A stretch of 64,000 bases of DNA from Proteromonas lacertae. Lineage: Eukaryota. A program made the position numbers and the translations under genes. Below the pieces are notes generated by a model. That model was not told the DNA's origin and did no database searches. It saw nothing but the letters and a program-made list of their open reading frames with translations. The stretch covers positions 1 to 64,000 of the forward strand of contig NGBS01000003.1 in NCBI GenBank assembly GCA_002245135.1, read 5' to 3'. Each line of letters opens with the position of its first letter. Position 1 is the stretch's first letter. Of the stretch, positions 1 through 14,121 are shown in pieces.

Positions 1-2390
1 TGAGAGTGAGAAAGAAGAAAGTGAAAAAGAAGAAGAGAATCCATTTGTAGAAGAAAGTGAAGTAAAATCTGAAAAAGAAGAAAGTGAAAGTGAGAAAGAA
101 GAAAGTGATAAAGAAGGATCTCCCAAGGAAGAATCTTCTAAACAAGAAGAGAGTAATGATTTATTTGGTAATGATGGATTTGAAGTTTCATCTGATAATA
201 ATGCAACTGCTGTAGTTGATGATATCTTTGGATCTGCCTTAGAAAGTGAACCTAATACTGAAGATAAAGATGAAAATGATGGAAATGATATATTTGGATT
301 TAATAATTTTGAAGATAATAATGTTACAAATAGTAAATCTAATCCAATTGATGATTTCTTTGGATCATCAGCTGATAATAATGCAACTGAATCTGGTATG
401 GTAGATGATATCTTTGGATCTGCATTTGAAAATCACTCTAAAACTGAAGAAAAAGAAAAGAATCCATTTGAAGATAATGTAGAAGTTGCATTTGAAAAAG
501 AAGAAAGTGAGAAAGAAGAAAGTGATAAAGAAGAATCTCCAAAGAAAGAAGAAGAAGAAAAACCTTTAGAAAATAAGAATCCATTTGCAGATAGTGATAA
601 ATCTGATAGTGATAAATCTGACAGTGAAAGTGATAAAGAAGAATCTCCAAAGAAAGAAGAAGAAGAAAAACCTTTAGAAAATAAGAATCCATTTGCAGAT
701 AGTGATAAATCTGATAGTGATAAATCTGACAGTGAAAGTGATAAAGAAGAATCTCCAAAGAAAGAAGAAGAAGAAAAACCTTTAGAAAATAAGAATCCAT
801 TTGCAGATAGTGATAAATCTGATAGTGATAAATCTGACAGTGAAAGTGATAAAGAAGAATCTCCAAAGAAAGAAGAAGAAGAAAAACCTTTAGAAAATAA
901 GAATCCATTTGCAGATAGTGATAAATCTGATAGTGATAAATCTGACAGTGAAAGTGATAAAGAAGAATCTCCAAAGAAAGAAGAAGAAGAAAAACCTTTA
1001 GAAAATAAGAATCCATTTGCAGATAGTGATAAATCTGATAGTGATAAATCTGACAGTGAAAGTGATAAAGAAGAATCTCCAAAGAAAGAAGAAGAAGAAA
1101 AACCTTTAGAAAATAAGAATCCATTTGCAGATAGTGATAAATCTGATAGTGATAAATCTGACAGTGAAAGTGATAAAGAAGAATCTCCAAAGAAAGAAGA
1201 AGAAGAAAAACCTTTAGAAAATAAGAATCCATTTGCAGATAGTGATAAATCTGATAGTGATAAATCTGACAGTGAAAGTGATAAAGAAGATATACCAAAT
1301 GAATCAATATCACATATTAATCCTGTTCTTGCATTATACAAAAGTGATACATCATCATCCAATAGTGACAGTGAAGAAATGCTTCCTGCTCCAATCAAAA
1401 TACCACCTCAACATCCTGATAAAGATGATAACAGAATCATTGAGAACTCAGCATCTGATGTAGATTGTATTTATATTGATAATATATTTATTATTTATAG
1501 CTGAACCACAAGGTCTTTCTATCTTAGAGTCTCATCCATTTGACAGATCATTGAATGGAACAATTGATGTTGATACTCCTGGAATGAGTAGAGCTTCTTC
1601 AATGGATGTTGGTACTCCAAATCATTTAAAAGATTTCTTTAAAGTGTCAATGTATCAAATGGATGATGGTATATATATATATATGTTTATATTTGTAGAA
1701 ACATACAGTCCAGCAACTGATAAAACTCCGAAGATATCAATTGATAAGAAAGAAGTAATTGCTGAAGAGAATGAAGAAGTGAAAGAAGAAGTGAAAGAAG
1801 AAAAACCTAAAGAGAAAGAAGAATCAAATAAAGAAAATGAAGAGGAAGAATCAGAGAAAGAAGAAGTAGAAGATAAAAATCATCATCATCATCGTCATCA
1901 TAACAGAAATCACACAGGAGAAGAAGGAGAGAATGATGATGATAATGATGATGATGAAGGTGGAAAAGGTAAAAAGCATCATCATCACAAACATCGTCAT
2001 AGAAAGCACAAGGAAGGTGAAGAAGAAGAAGAAGAAGATAATGAAGAAGATAAACATTATCGTCGTCACCATCATGGTAAACATCATCATAAAGAAGGAG
2101 ATGAGGAGGAAGAAGAAGATAAAGGCGAAAAAGAAGAAAGCAAACCAGAGACTGATAAGAAGAAAGAAGAAGAAAAGGAAAAGGAAAATGAAACAAAGAA
2201 AGAAACAGAAGCTGCTAAAGAAGAAACAACAGTCGAAGAAAAGCCAAAGGAGGAAGAAGAGGTTAAAAAAGAAGAAGAGACCAAGAAAGAAGGTGAAGAA
2301 ACAAAGAAAGAAGAAGAAGGAGATAGTGAAGGTGAAGAAGAAGAAGGAGAGGAGGAAGAACATAAAGGGGGATGTTGTACACTTTTGTAA
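1..2390 (+). CDS. 5'-truncated acidic low-complexity repeat protein with multiple NPF motifs, His-rich tracts and a C-terminal CaaX-like end (GGCCTLL)
   Basis: ORFs 398-1504 and 1476-2390 are joined in frame by a GT-AG intron at 1467-1500. A second, stop-free 30-nt intron is likely at 1669-1698. The frame is open to the window edge. Confidence 0.75.
518..1290 (+). repeat. Coding tandem repeat, 108-bp unit, about 7.2 apparently identical copies (ESDKEESPKKEEEEKPLENKNPFADSDKSDSDKSDS)
   Basis: Units start at 518, 626 ... 1274, and identical 36-aa units appear in the translation. Confidence 0.95.
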
Positions 2391-2552
2391 AATATTTATT
2401 TGCAATATTGTCGTTTATAAAATTGTTATTATTGTTATACATTTCATTTTTATGAATTGTTATGATTTTTGAATGTTAAAAAATATATTCGTTTCATTGA
2501 AAGATAATTACATTTTTCTTTTTTTCTCATTAACTGCTAAATTTATATAGCA

Positions 2553-3610
2553 ATGGTGCATGGAGAACCTGAAAAGAGACATCCCCATGCTGGAATAAAA
2601 GACTATGTTGGTGGTGTTGTATAGATTTTATTCTAATGAAGAGTTAGATGTCTGGAATTGTGCAAAGATCACTTGATTATCCATTAGATACAATAAAAGT
2701 TCTGCAACAAATTAATCCAGTATTTTCTTTCATTAATGAACTTCATTTAGGGAGTTTATAATGGCATTATTGACTGTGCCAAAACTACATACAGAAAATT
2801 TGGCATTAGAGGATTTTATAGGGTATATATTAAATGATTATCATATAATAGGGGATTTTAGCTCCAATGTGTTGTACAACTCTTGAAAATTCAGCTCTTT
2901 TTACAACGTTTGGGTTTTTGAAACGATTACAAGGTGTTACTCGTATTATAATTATTAATTAATCTAATTAATAGCTGATGAAAAAAATCTTACAATTTCT
3001 AAATTTGTAATATCAGCAATAGGTGCATCTATAGTGACATCTCATATATTAACACCATTTGAATTGCTGAAATGTAGAATGCAAGTATAATATAATAGTA
3101 AATGTAAAATTGAATAGATGTTACAATCAGCAAGAGATCGAGGAATTAAAGTGAATTATAACGGTCCATTTGATGTTTTAATAAAAATATTAAAGTCAGA
3201 AGGTGTCAGAGGATTGTACCGAGGTAATGTAGGTACTTTATGTAGAGAAATTCCTGGTAATATTGCTTGGTTTGGAGTGTATGAGTTGGTAACAAAAGCA
3301 TTCCTCAAACCAGGAGAAACTAAAAATGATTTGAAGTATTGGCAGACTATGATAGCTGGTGGATGCAGTGGATTTTCATATTGGACTATATTTTTCCCCA
3401 GCAGATAGTGTCAAATCAAGAATGCAAACTGATATGTCAGCTAAGAATAAGAAATTCTTACAAGTTTTGAAAATGGTGTATAGGACAGAAGGAATTAGAG
3501 GGTTGTATAGAGGGTGGATGATTACTGCTATTAGAGCTAGCTATTCACATGCTTTCGTATTTTTGATATATACAAGAGCAGTGAAAATATTCAATTATCT
3601 TGATCCATAG
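2553..3610 (+). CDS. Mitochondrial carrier (SLC25, ornithine/carnitine-carrier-like), multi-exon, with one apparent 1-nt frameshift near 3391-3399
   Basis: Px[DE]xxK motifs YPLDTIKV, TPFELLKCRMQ and FPADSVKSRMQ, plus GLYRG repeats and several short introns. Confidence 0.85.
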
Positions 3611-3772
3611 TTCTATTATCTTAAAAAATATATACTACGTTATTTATTAATATTGTAAATATATTTTTGTGTTGATATGACATAAGTAAATCATTCTTCA
3701 TACTATGCAATGACAAAAATGAAAAAATAAACTGGCTTGAAAGTTTGATTCATTTCTTTATCAATTTCCTTC

Positions 3773-4946
3773 ATGTTTCATACTATTTATATCATATTAT
3801 TGTTTGTAACATCAGTATTTGCTGTTAAGAGGGTATTCTCAATATTAGAACGTATATTAATAGAAATTAGCTCCAATAAATGTATTGAGAAATGGAAATT
3901 CTCCATATTCACTAGGGGAATCTAGATTTATGGATTTTATTTGGAAAAAGTCTAGAGATTATGATATATTTTCCTTATTTATTTCAAATGATCCAGATCA
4001 CATGTGTTATCGATGTGAAGAAGCGGTTATGTATTACAGCGCAGTAGCAAATATGTACAGATCAAATGTAAAGAAAGAAGAACAAGATCGTTTCTTTGGT
4101 ATTTGTGATTTTGAGGAAGGTGAAGATATATTCCAAATGGTATATATTCGTAGTCTCTATCATTATTATTAATAGTTAAATATAACAGAAATTCCAATGA
4201 TTGTCTTCTATCCAAGATATATTGATCCAACAGACAAGACCCAAGATTTATCAGAATACACATATACATTAGAAAATAGAGATATTGGTGAAATGGTAAA
4301 TTGGGTAATAGATATGGCAGGAATTGATGTATTACTGTTTTATATATTTATATATATATTAATATTATAGATGAAAGGAGCTCAATATGAAGATAGTGAG
4401 TATGAAGGCGATGATAAATTAGTCCCAAATGTTCATTTTTTCTCCATTTTATTTACTATAATCTATGCATTATTAATATGTTATTTTTCAACAATAAAAC
4501 GAACATTTTGTGAGTTATATCAATCACCAAAAGTATATCGAATTTTTACACTCGTATATATATTATATATATTTATTTATTTACAATAGATAATATATTA
4601 TATATCAATAGCTGGTATAATCAGCTGTATAATCAATAATCCTCCTTGGTATAGTATTAATCCATACACTGATAAATGGTATGAAAAATATTCGTTTGTT
4701 TCTAATGATGGATTTCAACAATATGTAATTGAAGGGTTTATTGCAGCTGCTTTAATATGTACAATAGCCTTTGGAATGTTCTTTGTTTGTAAAATGCATA
4801 TTGACAATACCAGTTCGGATGGTTTGTTGAAGATAGAATATACATTATTGTTGTTAATAATTATGTTATACTCATATAATATGTTAAATGACTTTACCTA
4901 TCAAAAGTTAATGTCTGGTGGAGAAGAAGAAGGTTTAGAAGAATAA
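3773..4946 (+). CDS. OST3/OST6-like oligosaccharyltransferase subunit (thioredoxin-like CxxC plus TM helices)
   Basis: Signal-peptide-like start, MCYRC, FFGICDFEEGEDIF, a TM region and a QYVIEG motif. Spliced. Confidence 0.7.
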
Positions 4947-5073
4947 TTTATTTTCCTTATTTTTTATTGTTAGAATGTTGTTTATTATAATTATTATTCC
5001 TTGATTATTTCATTTAACATATTCAAAAAAATGTAGAATTTCATATAAGTTTGATTACTGTTTGTAAGAATAA

Positions 5074-6529
5074 ATGAATATGAATTCCTCCTCAAAGAAG
5101 GATTATAGAGGAAATAAGAAAGTCTGTTATGCATTTTTGAAAGGGAATTGTAAATTTGGAGATAAATGCAAATACTCACATGAAGCATCAGACGATAAAG
5201 TATTCTAGACTGTTTATAACATCATAGTCATTAAAATCTAAAGAAAAAGTGTTTGCTAATCCTAAATATAAGCTACAAGAGAAAAATGAACCACCACCTC
5301 CAGAAGATGAGAATAAGAAGATATGTTTCAACTATAAAAACGGAAATTGTAAATTTGGAGATAAATGTCGATATTTACATCCAAATAAAGAGAATCCAAA
5401 AACTGTAAGATCTTCTTCTCCTCATCCTGTGAAAGAGACTCGTCAACCGAAGTTAAATGCAAAAGCATCTGAATTTATTCCAATGTCTCCAAATATTCCA
5501 GATAATCCAAACTACACAAGTAATGATATAGATATGAATATAGTTGAACAAGATAGGTTGTTTGGATTAAATTTTGGAATATATAAACCAAATCTAGAAA
5601 AGTATAATAATAATTATTGTTATAACAATAAATAGTGAAAATATGCAAATCATCATTGATATTACCAATGATTTATCAATACTACTTAAACTCCCTTATA
5701 ATGTTTATATATCTCATTTACTATATGACACTAAACTAACAAATCTATTAATATCTTTACTACAATATGAAAACAGATGGTATGAAGGTAATATACTATA
5801 TACAAGTGAAAAATCAAAATTATATCATATTCTATTTCTAGTGTATTACAGATTAATAATGGACACAGATGGAATAAGAAATTTGTATAGAATATACCCA
5901 CATTGTGGTGGTAAATTTAGTGATTTTAGTGAAATAATAAGTAAAATTATAAATCCATCAGTATTGTTTGATATTTGTTCCATTTTTATAAAGAATAATA
6001 TGTATATTATATTATATTTTTTTTCCCCTTGTAGTTCTTTATTATACCTATTTACTCATCGTTTATTCGATTTATGTCCTTCGCTACTCTCTTCTACATC
6101 TGAAACTGTTCAATTATTAACGGATATAATTTTATCCAATCAAATATCAGCTGAAAATGATGAATTACAGAAAGAGAAGTATTATCTAGATTTGATAACT
6201 AATTTATGGTCAATATTAGGTGTATATAGTTCAATATTAGATGAAATACCAAGTGAGAAGTTTATGAATCTTTTAAAATCTTTGAACACTAATTTTGTTA
6301 GTTTATATAATCAGTTTAATCCAAAATCTTTTTCACAACTAACACAGAATATTTCTAAGCAGATAATATGGACTTATGTTGAATTATATTCAATTATAAT
6401 TAATTATTATATTTTAGATCCGATTTCACATAACAGTATATATATATATATTATATTATTTAATAGATGAAATAAATACTAAAGCCAAAGAATTATTATC
6501 ATATTTATTAAATTTAGTCAAAGATAATA

Positions 6530-6574
<45 letters not shown>

Positions 6575-7347
6575 GCTAATTATTTTATAATTAGAATCTG
6601 ATAATCATTTGTTCTTTTTTTACACAACACTCAATTCATCATTCAGTTCAATTTTATCAACAGCAGATAAAAGTATATCAATTATTCCTCAATTAATCTC
6701 ATTGGTAAATGAAAGTATTTCATCATTACCATCAATTCTAATGGATCAATGCACTTTATTATTTGCTGAAGAATCTAAAGTGAATGAAATTCATTACATA
6801 TATCCATCATTTTCGCCTTTATTCATTCAATCATGTTTAATTGAGTATAATAACGATGTTAGTAAAGTGTTGGATGTTATTGATAAAAATGATTATAGTC
6901 CTCATTTGATGAATTTGAAATCACAATTTGAAAAAGTATTCGTTATTATTATTTTATTTTAAATAGAATACAACATTGAGTGATGAAGAAAGAAGAAATA
7001 TGTTGAATGAATTATTCACTAAGAATACCGATATAAAGATAAAAGAAGTATTATATGGTGGTAAAAAGAAAGAAGATATCATTAGTAAAAGAGATGATGA
7101 ATATAAGACAATGGTGAAGAAAATATTTAAGAATTATGAATTAGAAGATGAATATAATGATTCTATTGAGAATTATTATGATGTATATAAATGTTATTTT
7201 TTTATGTTATTTAATAGTTAACTTCAAATGACACACCATTAGAAAATAATCCAAATAGAGAAATATACAGTGATTCTGATGATGGTGAAGTAATGAAAAC
7301 ACCAAAAATAATAACTCCAAAAACACCACAAACAGAACGACCATCTC

Positions 7348-7389
<42 letters not shown>

Positions 7390-7544
7390 ATGAAGAAAAA
7401 GTCAATAAAAAGAAAGAAGATGTTAAAGTTTCACATAAAGATCAATTGTATTTACAGAAGAATAAAGAGAGAATAAAGCATCATAATAGGCAGAATAAAT
7501 CAATGAAAAAACAAGGAGTTTTTTATGATGATCATAATTATTAA
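5074..7544 (+). CDS. ASCC2-like CUE-domain protein with two N-terminal CCCH zinc fingers and a PAM2-like motif
   Basis: CYAFLKGNCKFGDKCKYSH and CFNYKNGNCKFGDKCRYLH; KLNAKASEFIP; CUE-like IYPSFSPLFIQSCLIEYNNDVSKVLDVI; YELEDEYNDS; C-terminal HHNRQNKSMKK. Exons are linked by short introns. Confidence 0.65.
6529..6572. repeat. (TA)n microsatellite inside an intron
   Basis: About 21 TA units directly after the GT donor. Confidence 0.9.
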
Positions 7545-7645
7545 AATAAGAAATAAAAATCATAATTTTTATTGTTTTTAATTTGAAAAATTAATAAATA
7601 TCTAATTTACATGTATCTTTCATTAAACTAAAAGGACAACACTCT

Positions 7646-8124
7646 TAATTATATGCATCTCCATCATTCCATGGATTATCTCTTGCACTTTTGGGAGTTA
7701 ATATCAAGCCATCCATTGGTATATTAATATCAATACCTTATACAGAATTAAGAAATTAATTATTAAATTAATGAAAAAATAAATAAAAAGATATGAATGG
7801 AGTTTCATTAAATAATATACTAGTTCTATGTGTTACATCATATCCATATTTTATTGAACCAGAATTATAAGGTTGAGAATATCTTCTTCTTCTTGTGGGA
7901 GGTGTATATAAATTGTGATTTTCATTCTTATTTCTCTCAACAAATCTTATAATTTCTTGATTCCTTATAGCTCTTTCTCTAGCTTCTCTTCTCTCAACAA
8001 ACCACCTATGAGTGTAATACATTGCCCCTAGGACAAACAAAACGACGATAAATGCAGCAAGAGTTATAATAATAGCTACAACACCATCTATAACAATAAA
8101 ATGACAATTTTTAATACCATCCAT
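7646..8124 (-). CDS. Small single-pass membrane protein, unknown function
   Basis: ORF 7768-8124 has a hydrophobic helix followed by a basic stretch; a probable spliced last exon ends near 7646. Confidence 0.5.
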
Positions 8125-8406
8125 AATTCTTTATAAAAATATATTCTAAATTTTAATTTAAATGTTACTGAACAAATTCTTTGATTTGTTTTGTATAACC
8201 AAAACAAATAAGAATTATACTACAATTCCTAGGTTTTTTTATACTAAAAACTAGTATCTATCAATTGATGTGTTATGAATAAAAGAAATAAATGATCCTA
8301 TTATAACAATGCTTTATAAAAAGACGAATTTTAATATTTGTAAGTTGGGGGATTTTTTTATACGAAAAAATTAATTTTTCATTCTGTGTTTTTTAAGAGA
8401 AAGAAT

Positions 8407-9215
8407 ATGTATTTTACCATTTTTATGATATAAATAGGAATACATCATCAATTATGGACGATATAATACCAAATGAAAGCATGGCAATTGGTAGTAGTTC
8501 TTCTAAAGCAACAGTATATTCAAACTCTGATATTTTTCAATCATGGACTAATGACAATGATTGGAACCCAAGGTATTGGATGTAAACATTTATTTATTAG
8601 AGCAATCAGTCTTCAAGCAATGGAACAACACAAAAAAGCATCAGCATTCTTCAAAAAGGTTGAAGAAGATGAGCAAGAGAAACAGAAAGAATTAGATAAA
8701 GTATTTTTTGCATTATATTGGATATATAGCAAAAGAAAGAAGAAGAGAAGAGAAGAATAGAAGCAGAGAGGCTAGAAAAGCAGAGGAAAGGCAAAAGTAA
8801 AGGAAAGAAAGTTGAAAAGTCAGAAGAACCAGTGAAAAAAGAAAAAAAGACATTATCAAATAATAAGTTTGGTACACTTGCCTCTACAATGTCAGATAGT
8901 GAAAGTGAAAGTGATAATGATAACAATCGTAATAGTGAAGAAGATGATAATGAAGAAGAAAAGCCAAAAGAACAACCTAAAAAACAGGAATCACTATTTC
9001 CAAAAGTTAAGAAAACAAAACCAAAGAAGAAGCAACAAAAGAAGCAGCAGCAACAACAAGAGGATGACGATAGTTCTTCAAGTAATGAGAAATCTGATAG
9101 AAAATCAGATGTAAAATCAAATTTTTCATGGGTAACAATTTTGATTATCACTATTATAATTGCTTTAATAGCAGTTGGTGGATATTTTGGTAAGAATTTA
9201 ATTCAATCATCTTAA
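8407..9215 (+). CDS. Lys/Glu-rich protein with a C-terminal TM (tail-anchor-like), unknown function
   Basis: Exons are joined by short GT-AG introns, and the protein ends WVTILIITIIIALIAVGGYFG. The start is uncertain. Confidence 0.55.
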
Positions 9216-9423
9216 TATTTTTCTTCTTTTGTGTAATATCGTTGTATTTAATACATTTTAATCAAATTGCCAATCAATTAAGCCATGCAGCTTCTATTAT
9301 TCAAAATGTTTTTGAAACGGTATTATTTTAAAAACCAAGTCAAACCAATCATTTTTTAGGTTTTTCTTGCTTTTTCGTTTATTCTTAGTAATTATATTTT
9401 TTTGTGATTAAATTTGATTTTTT

Positions 9424-10311
9424 ATGAGTTCAGATAAAGATGTATACCTAATTTCCTTAATACTTTAGGCCAATCCTAATGATAATACAAACCTGTCGAA
9501 CGATTTAGTCGATATCCCAACGGATGCTTCTGGCGGCAAAAATGAACCACAAAAACTAAAAATAGATGATAAGGATATGAGTCATTCTGAAAGACCAGCC
9601 AAAAGACCAAGGATAAACGTGGAACAACCTGAACGGAAAGTGATAGACATAGATGATTCTAAAATGGAGGAAATTCCGAAGAACAGCGAAAGTAAAACAG
9701 AAGATCCACAATCGGCACAGACTGCACCACCTCTCAAAGAAGATGAACATCAGTTTCAGTATAATTTATTTTTCTAAACATTTATTTCGCATAGATGGGG
9801 TGTATTAATCTCACAATGCAGAACGCAGACTCAATTCCTCGTAAATCACAAAGTCACGATCGGAGCTAGTCGCAGTTGTAATATCCGACTGCACGACTAT
9901 GGTTCTGCGGTGATGGCTAATATAATATATGACAATAACAATGTAACCTTAGAAGTATTGGATAGTTCAGTAAGTATCTATTTAAACGGGATTGAACTAT
10001 CTGAAACATCAGTCTATAAGTTAGTAAGTGGAGATGATATAACTATACAATCATATCGTACTTACTTAAGTTTTATTATTGAAATATTTGATGTTCCTGT
10101 ACCATTTGAAGATAAATTGAATAATTATAATTGTAATAGAATTGATAGATTAAAGTATATATATATATTTATTATTTTATAGTGAAATGACATGGGGAAT
10201 AGAAACGGTCGATATGTTATCTAATACATCTAATATTAATGGAAATACTGCTGTTCCATCATTAATTAATCCAATATTCCAATCAGCATTCAAACCAATT
10301 AACTCCAAATC

Positions 10312-10346
<35 letters not shown>

Positions 10347-12816
10347 GTAAAGAAAGTGAAAAAAGTAAAGAGAAAACAAATAAGAAAGGATCAAAAGTCA
10401 AGATTGGTACTGATAATAATAATAATAATAATAATAACCCATTGAATGAAATGGTAGTAGATGATATTCCATCAATTATTAAAGGACAGTTTAAGAATCG
10501 AATGGATCGTAATTTGTCTTCCTTTATACCTACTTCTAGCAGAAGCAATACTAGTAATAGCCATAGGAAGATATATAGAGAAGTTAATCCAAATGTTGTT
10601 ACTGAACAAAAGTATAAATAATAATGAGTAGTATTATATATTAAAATATATATAGACCACCAAAATTACCAAATGAAGATAAAATATTAGAAGAGATTAC
10701 TAAACATATCAATAATTATTATGAATCAAAGATAATCAAACCAGAGAATAATCACTATACACTTGAATCATTACGATATCCGTTAAACAGTGAATTAATT
10801 ACTCTCTTAAAAACAGTAATTGATTTTTATACACATAATTCTGATAAAGTAAACAACATCTCAAAATTAGATTCAATCTCTCGATTTTTACTATTGCAAT
10901 GTCCAGAATATACAGATCTGCTACAAGAATGTTTAATAGGATATATAGCTAAAGAGTTGAATGTTAATTATATGGTATTAGATAGTAATGATTGGGAAAT
11001 ATCTAATGAAGAATCATATCCTAAAAATGAAACTTTCTTTTTGTTGGGAAATCCTGATAATATATTCCCAGATAGTTTATTGAAGAAAATAAATGTATTT
11101 ATATATATATATATAATATAATATAATATAATATAATATAATATAAATAGTATAAAAATGATAGTAGATCCAATACATCAACACCAACTAATACATTACA
11201 ACAGAATTCTACAACTGTTATAAATGAACAACAATCTGTAATAGTAAATAATTCATCTAATAATAATAATAATGTTATAATCAACAATATAGCCAAGAAA
11301 TATCATATCAATGATAGAGTATGTTATGTAGGTGATATATTGAATAAACATAACAGAATGAATCCATATGAATATCGTAGATTTAACCATCAAATATGTG
11401 GTCCAAATACTGGTATGAAAGGAACAATACTAGCAATCTATGATAAATCATCTGTCCCAAAGGTTGGTATTCAATTTGATAAGATGGTTAATGGTGGTAA
11501 TACAATAGGTCAAAGATGTCCTAATAAATATGGATTTATAGTGCCAATAATTGATATTGAATTAGCTGAAGATAGTGATTGGAAGGAATTGATAGAAAGA
11601 ACGGCTTTGGAGTTATTATTAATGATTTCTACTGGTACAATGTTACATTCTAACTCTTATAAACCTTGGGAAGAGAATAGCAATAACAATAGTCTTAATA
11701 AACATGCATTACAGTGTTTAGGTAAGAACGTAAGTTTTTTTGATCCAATGGATGATTACTTTGATTTGGATGATATAAGTAGTGGAAGTGCAATTTATTG
11801 TCCTTCTCCTCAATATGAACCAAATACACCAACTGATTTGAATGATATAACTGGTGGTAATAGAATCGAAGAAGATGAAGACGATGATGATGATGATGAT
11901 GATGACGAAGAGGATGACGAAGAGGATGATGAAGATGAAGATGATGTATTTGATGATGAAATGGGAAATAGTCGTAATGATGAAAATGCAATGAGTATGA
12001 ATAAGATTTTACCTGGTAGTATATTGAATGGTGGTAATGGTACTGGTAATAATAATGATAAATTTACTCCATTAACTCCTATTGAAATACCCAATAATAA
12101 TAATAATAATAATACAGCAACAAATACAAATGAAAAAGATTCAAAAAAGAAGAGAAAGAAGAGTATCAGCAAATCAAAATCAAAGAAAAATACAAAGAAA
12201 GATAGTGGTAATGGTGATAATGAAGTAGATAAAAATAACAAAAATGAAGATAATGAAGATGACGAAGAGGAAGAAGAAGAAGAAAATAATGATGAAAATA
12301 GAAACAACAAACCAAAACCACCTCAAGAACCATTCATAGTATTTTTCAAAAATCTTCATGTTGGCACAAGTATTCAACGATTAAAATTCCTTAGAAAATA
12401 TCTCTTATCACTTCCACAAACTATTAAAACAGTATTTATAGCATCCAGTAAATTGAATAAAATAGAAAGTGGTAAAAAGTCATCAATGTCTAAGAAACCG
12501 TCCTATGGATTTACATTATTTCACTATGATGTACCTAGAGGGAAAAGACAAAAGAACACATTATCATTACATTCTTTATTCTCTTATAATTTGAAATTAT
12601 TAGCTCCAAAAGGTGGTAGAAATTTAAGTGATTGGAGTAGTCTAATTGATGAAGATAAACAGAAGATTATATATAATCGAAATCATCGAGTTATAGAACT
12701 ATTAACGAAGCATTTACCTTTTAAAATTGAAGATGAAAATATATCAATATTGAGTGAAAAAATATTGACTATCAACAATTTAAGAGAGATTATTGGAATT
12801 AGTTATGCAAATTATT

Positions 12817-12889
<73 letters not shown>

Positions 12890-14008
12890 AATAACTGTAA
12901 AGTCTACAACATTTTCAGATACATTGAACTTATTATCTAAAATGAATGAATATGAAAAAGACACAAGTAAAGTGTTAAAAAAAGAAATCGAATGTGATAA
13001 TGAATTTGAAGAAAGTCTATTATCAGAAGCTGTATTAAGTCCTGATAATATTGGAATAAAATTCGACGATATTGGCTCATTAGATAAAGTAAAAGAGATA
13101 TTATATGAATTGGTTACACTACCATTAGTTCGACCAGAATTATTTAGAAGAGGGCAGTTAAGATGCCCATGTAGAGGCATTCTTTTATTTGGACCTCCTG
13201 GTACAGGTAAAACAATGTTAGCTAAAGGTATAGCCAGTGAATCAAAGGCAAATTTTTTGAATGTTTCAATCAGTGATATAGTAAGTAAATGGTTTGGTGA
13301 AGCTGAAAAATATGTGAAAGCTGTTTTTACATTGGCTAGAAAGTTAACTCCATGTGTTATATTTGTAGATGAAATTGATGCATTATTATGTATATATATA
13401 TTTAATATTATTTATATATATTAGCTAAAAGAAGTGCAAAAAGTGAACATGAAGTCTCTCGTAAAATGAAGAACGAATTCATGTCTAATTGGGATGGTAT
13501 GAGTAGTAAAGAAACTGAAAGAATCATTGTCGTTGGTTGTACAAACCGCCCTTATGATTTAGATGACGCTGTATTAAGAAGATTCCCAAGAAGACTGTTT
13601 ATTGATATTCCTACAACAGAAGAAAGAAAATTGATTTTACAAACTATAGTAAAAGATGAAGAACTTGAAACTGATTTTGATATTGATAAGATTGCTAGTG
13701 ATGATGTCACTAAAGGATTTAGTGGTTCTGACTTGAAGAATTTGTGTATAAATGCAGCATATTATCCATTACGAGAATACATTGATGAAGAAAAGGAAAT
13801 GAAGAAGAAAGGAATGAGTGAAAGTGATATTTTGAAGTTGAAAAGACAATTAAGACCTTTAAAAACTGAAGATTTTGAAAAAGCTAGAAAAGAGATTAAT
13901 TGGAGTTATAAGAAGGATAGTGAAAATGATCATGAGATGAGACAATGGAATGAAGAGTTTGGAGATGGGGCTAAGCATGAACAACAAGAATTAACATACT
14001 ATTCATAG
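9424..14008 (+). CDS. Large FHA-domain AAA+ ATPase (MSP1/ATAD1-related, plant-type FHA-AAA architecture)
   Basis: FHA-like VTIGASRSCNIRL; Walker A GPPGTGKT; Walker B IFVDEID; MKNEFMSNWDG; TNRPYDLDDAVLRRFPRR; QWNEEFGDG; poly-N and acidic inserts. Confidence 0.85.
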
Positions 14009-14121
14009 ATTTAATTAAGATAATTTTCCAGTTATATTTTATATTGTTATAAATATGTGTATGATTTTTTAAATATTAAAAATAAAAAAATAAACAACTG
14101 TAATAATTTAAATGTATAAAA

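Noticed and set aside
518..1290. CRISPR-like array
   Set aside because: The units are contiguous and identical with no unique spacers, they are coding, and the context is eukaryotic.
433..1398. Long antisense ORFs (321 and 291 aa) over the 108-bp repeat
   Set aside because: They are shadows of a stop-free tandem repeat; the plus-strand frame has the coherent gene structure.
3385..3410. Programmed frameshift in the mitochondrial carrier
   Set aside because: One extra base in a TTTTTCCCC run in an otherwise conserved housekeeping gene is most simply a homopolymer sequencing error. It also lowers confidence in the gene B frameshift.
10177..13180. Antisense poly-Leu/poly-Ser ORFs (also at 7207, 44645, 60637 and 63161)
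   Set aside because: They are reverse complements of (AAT)n, (GAT)n and (CAA)n coding microsatellites.
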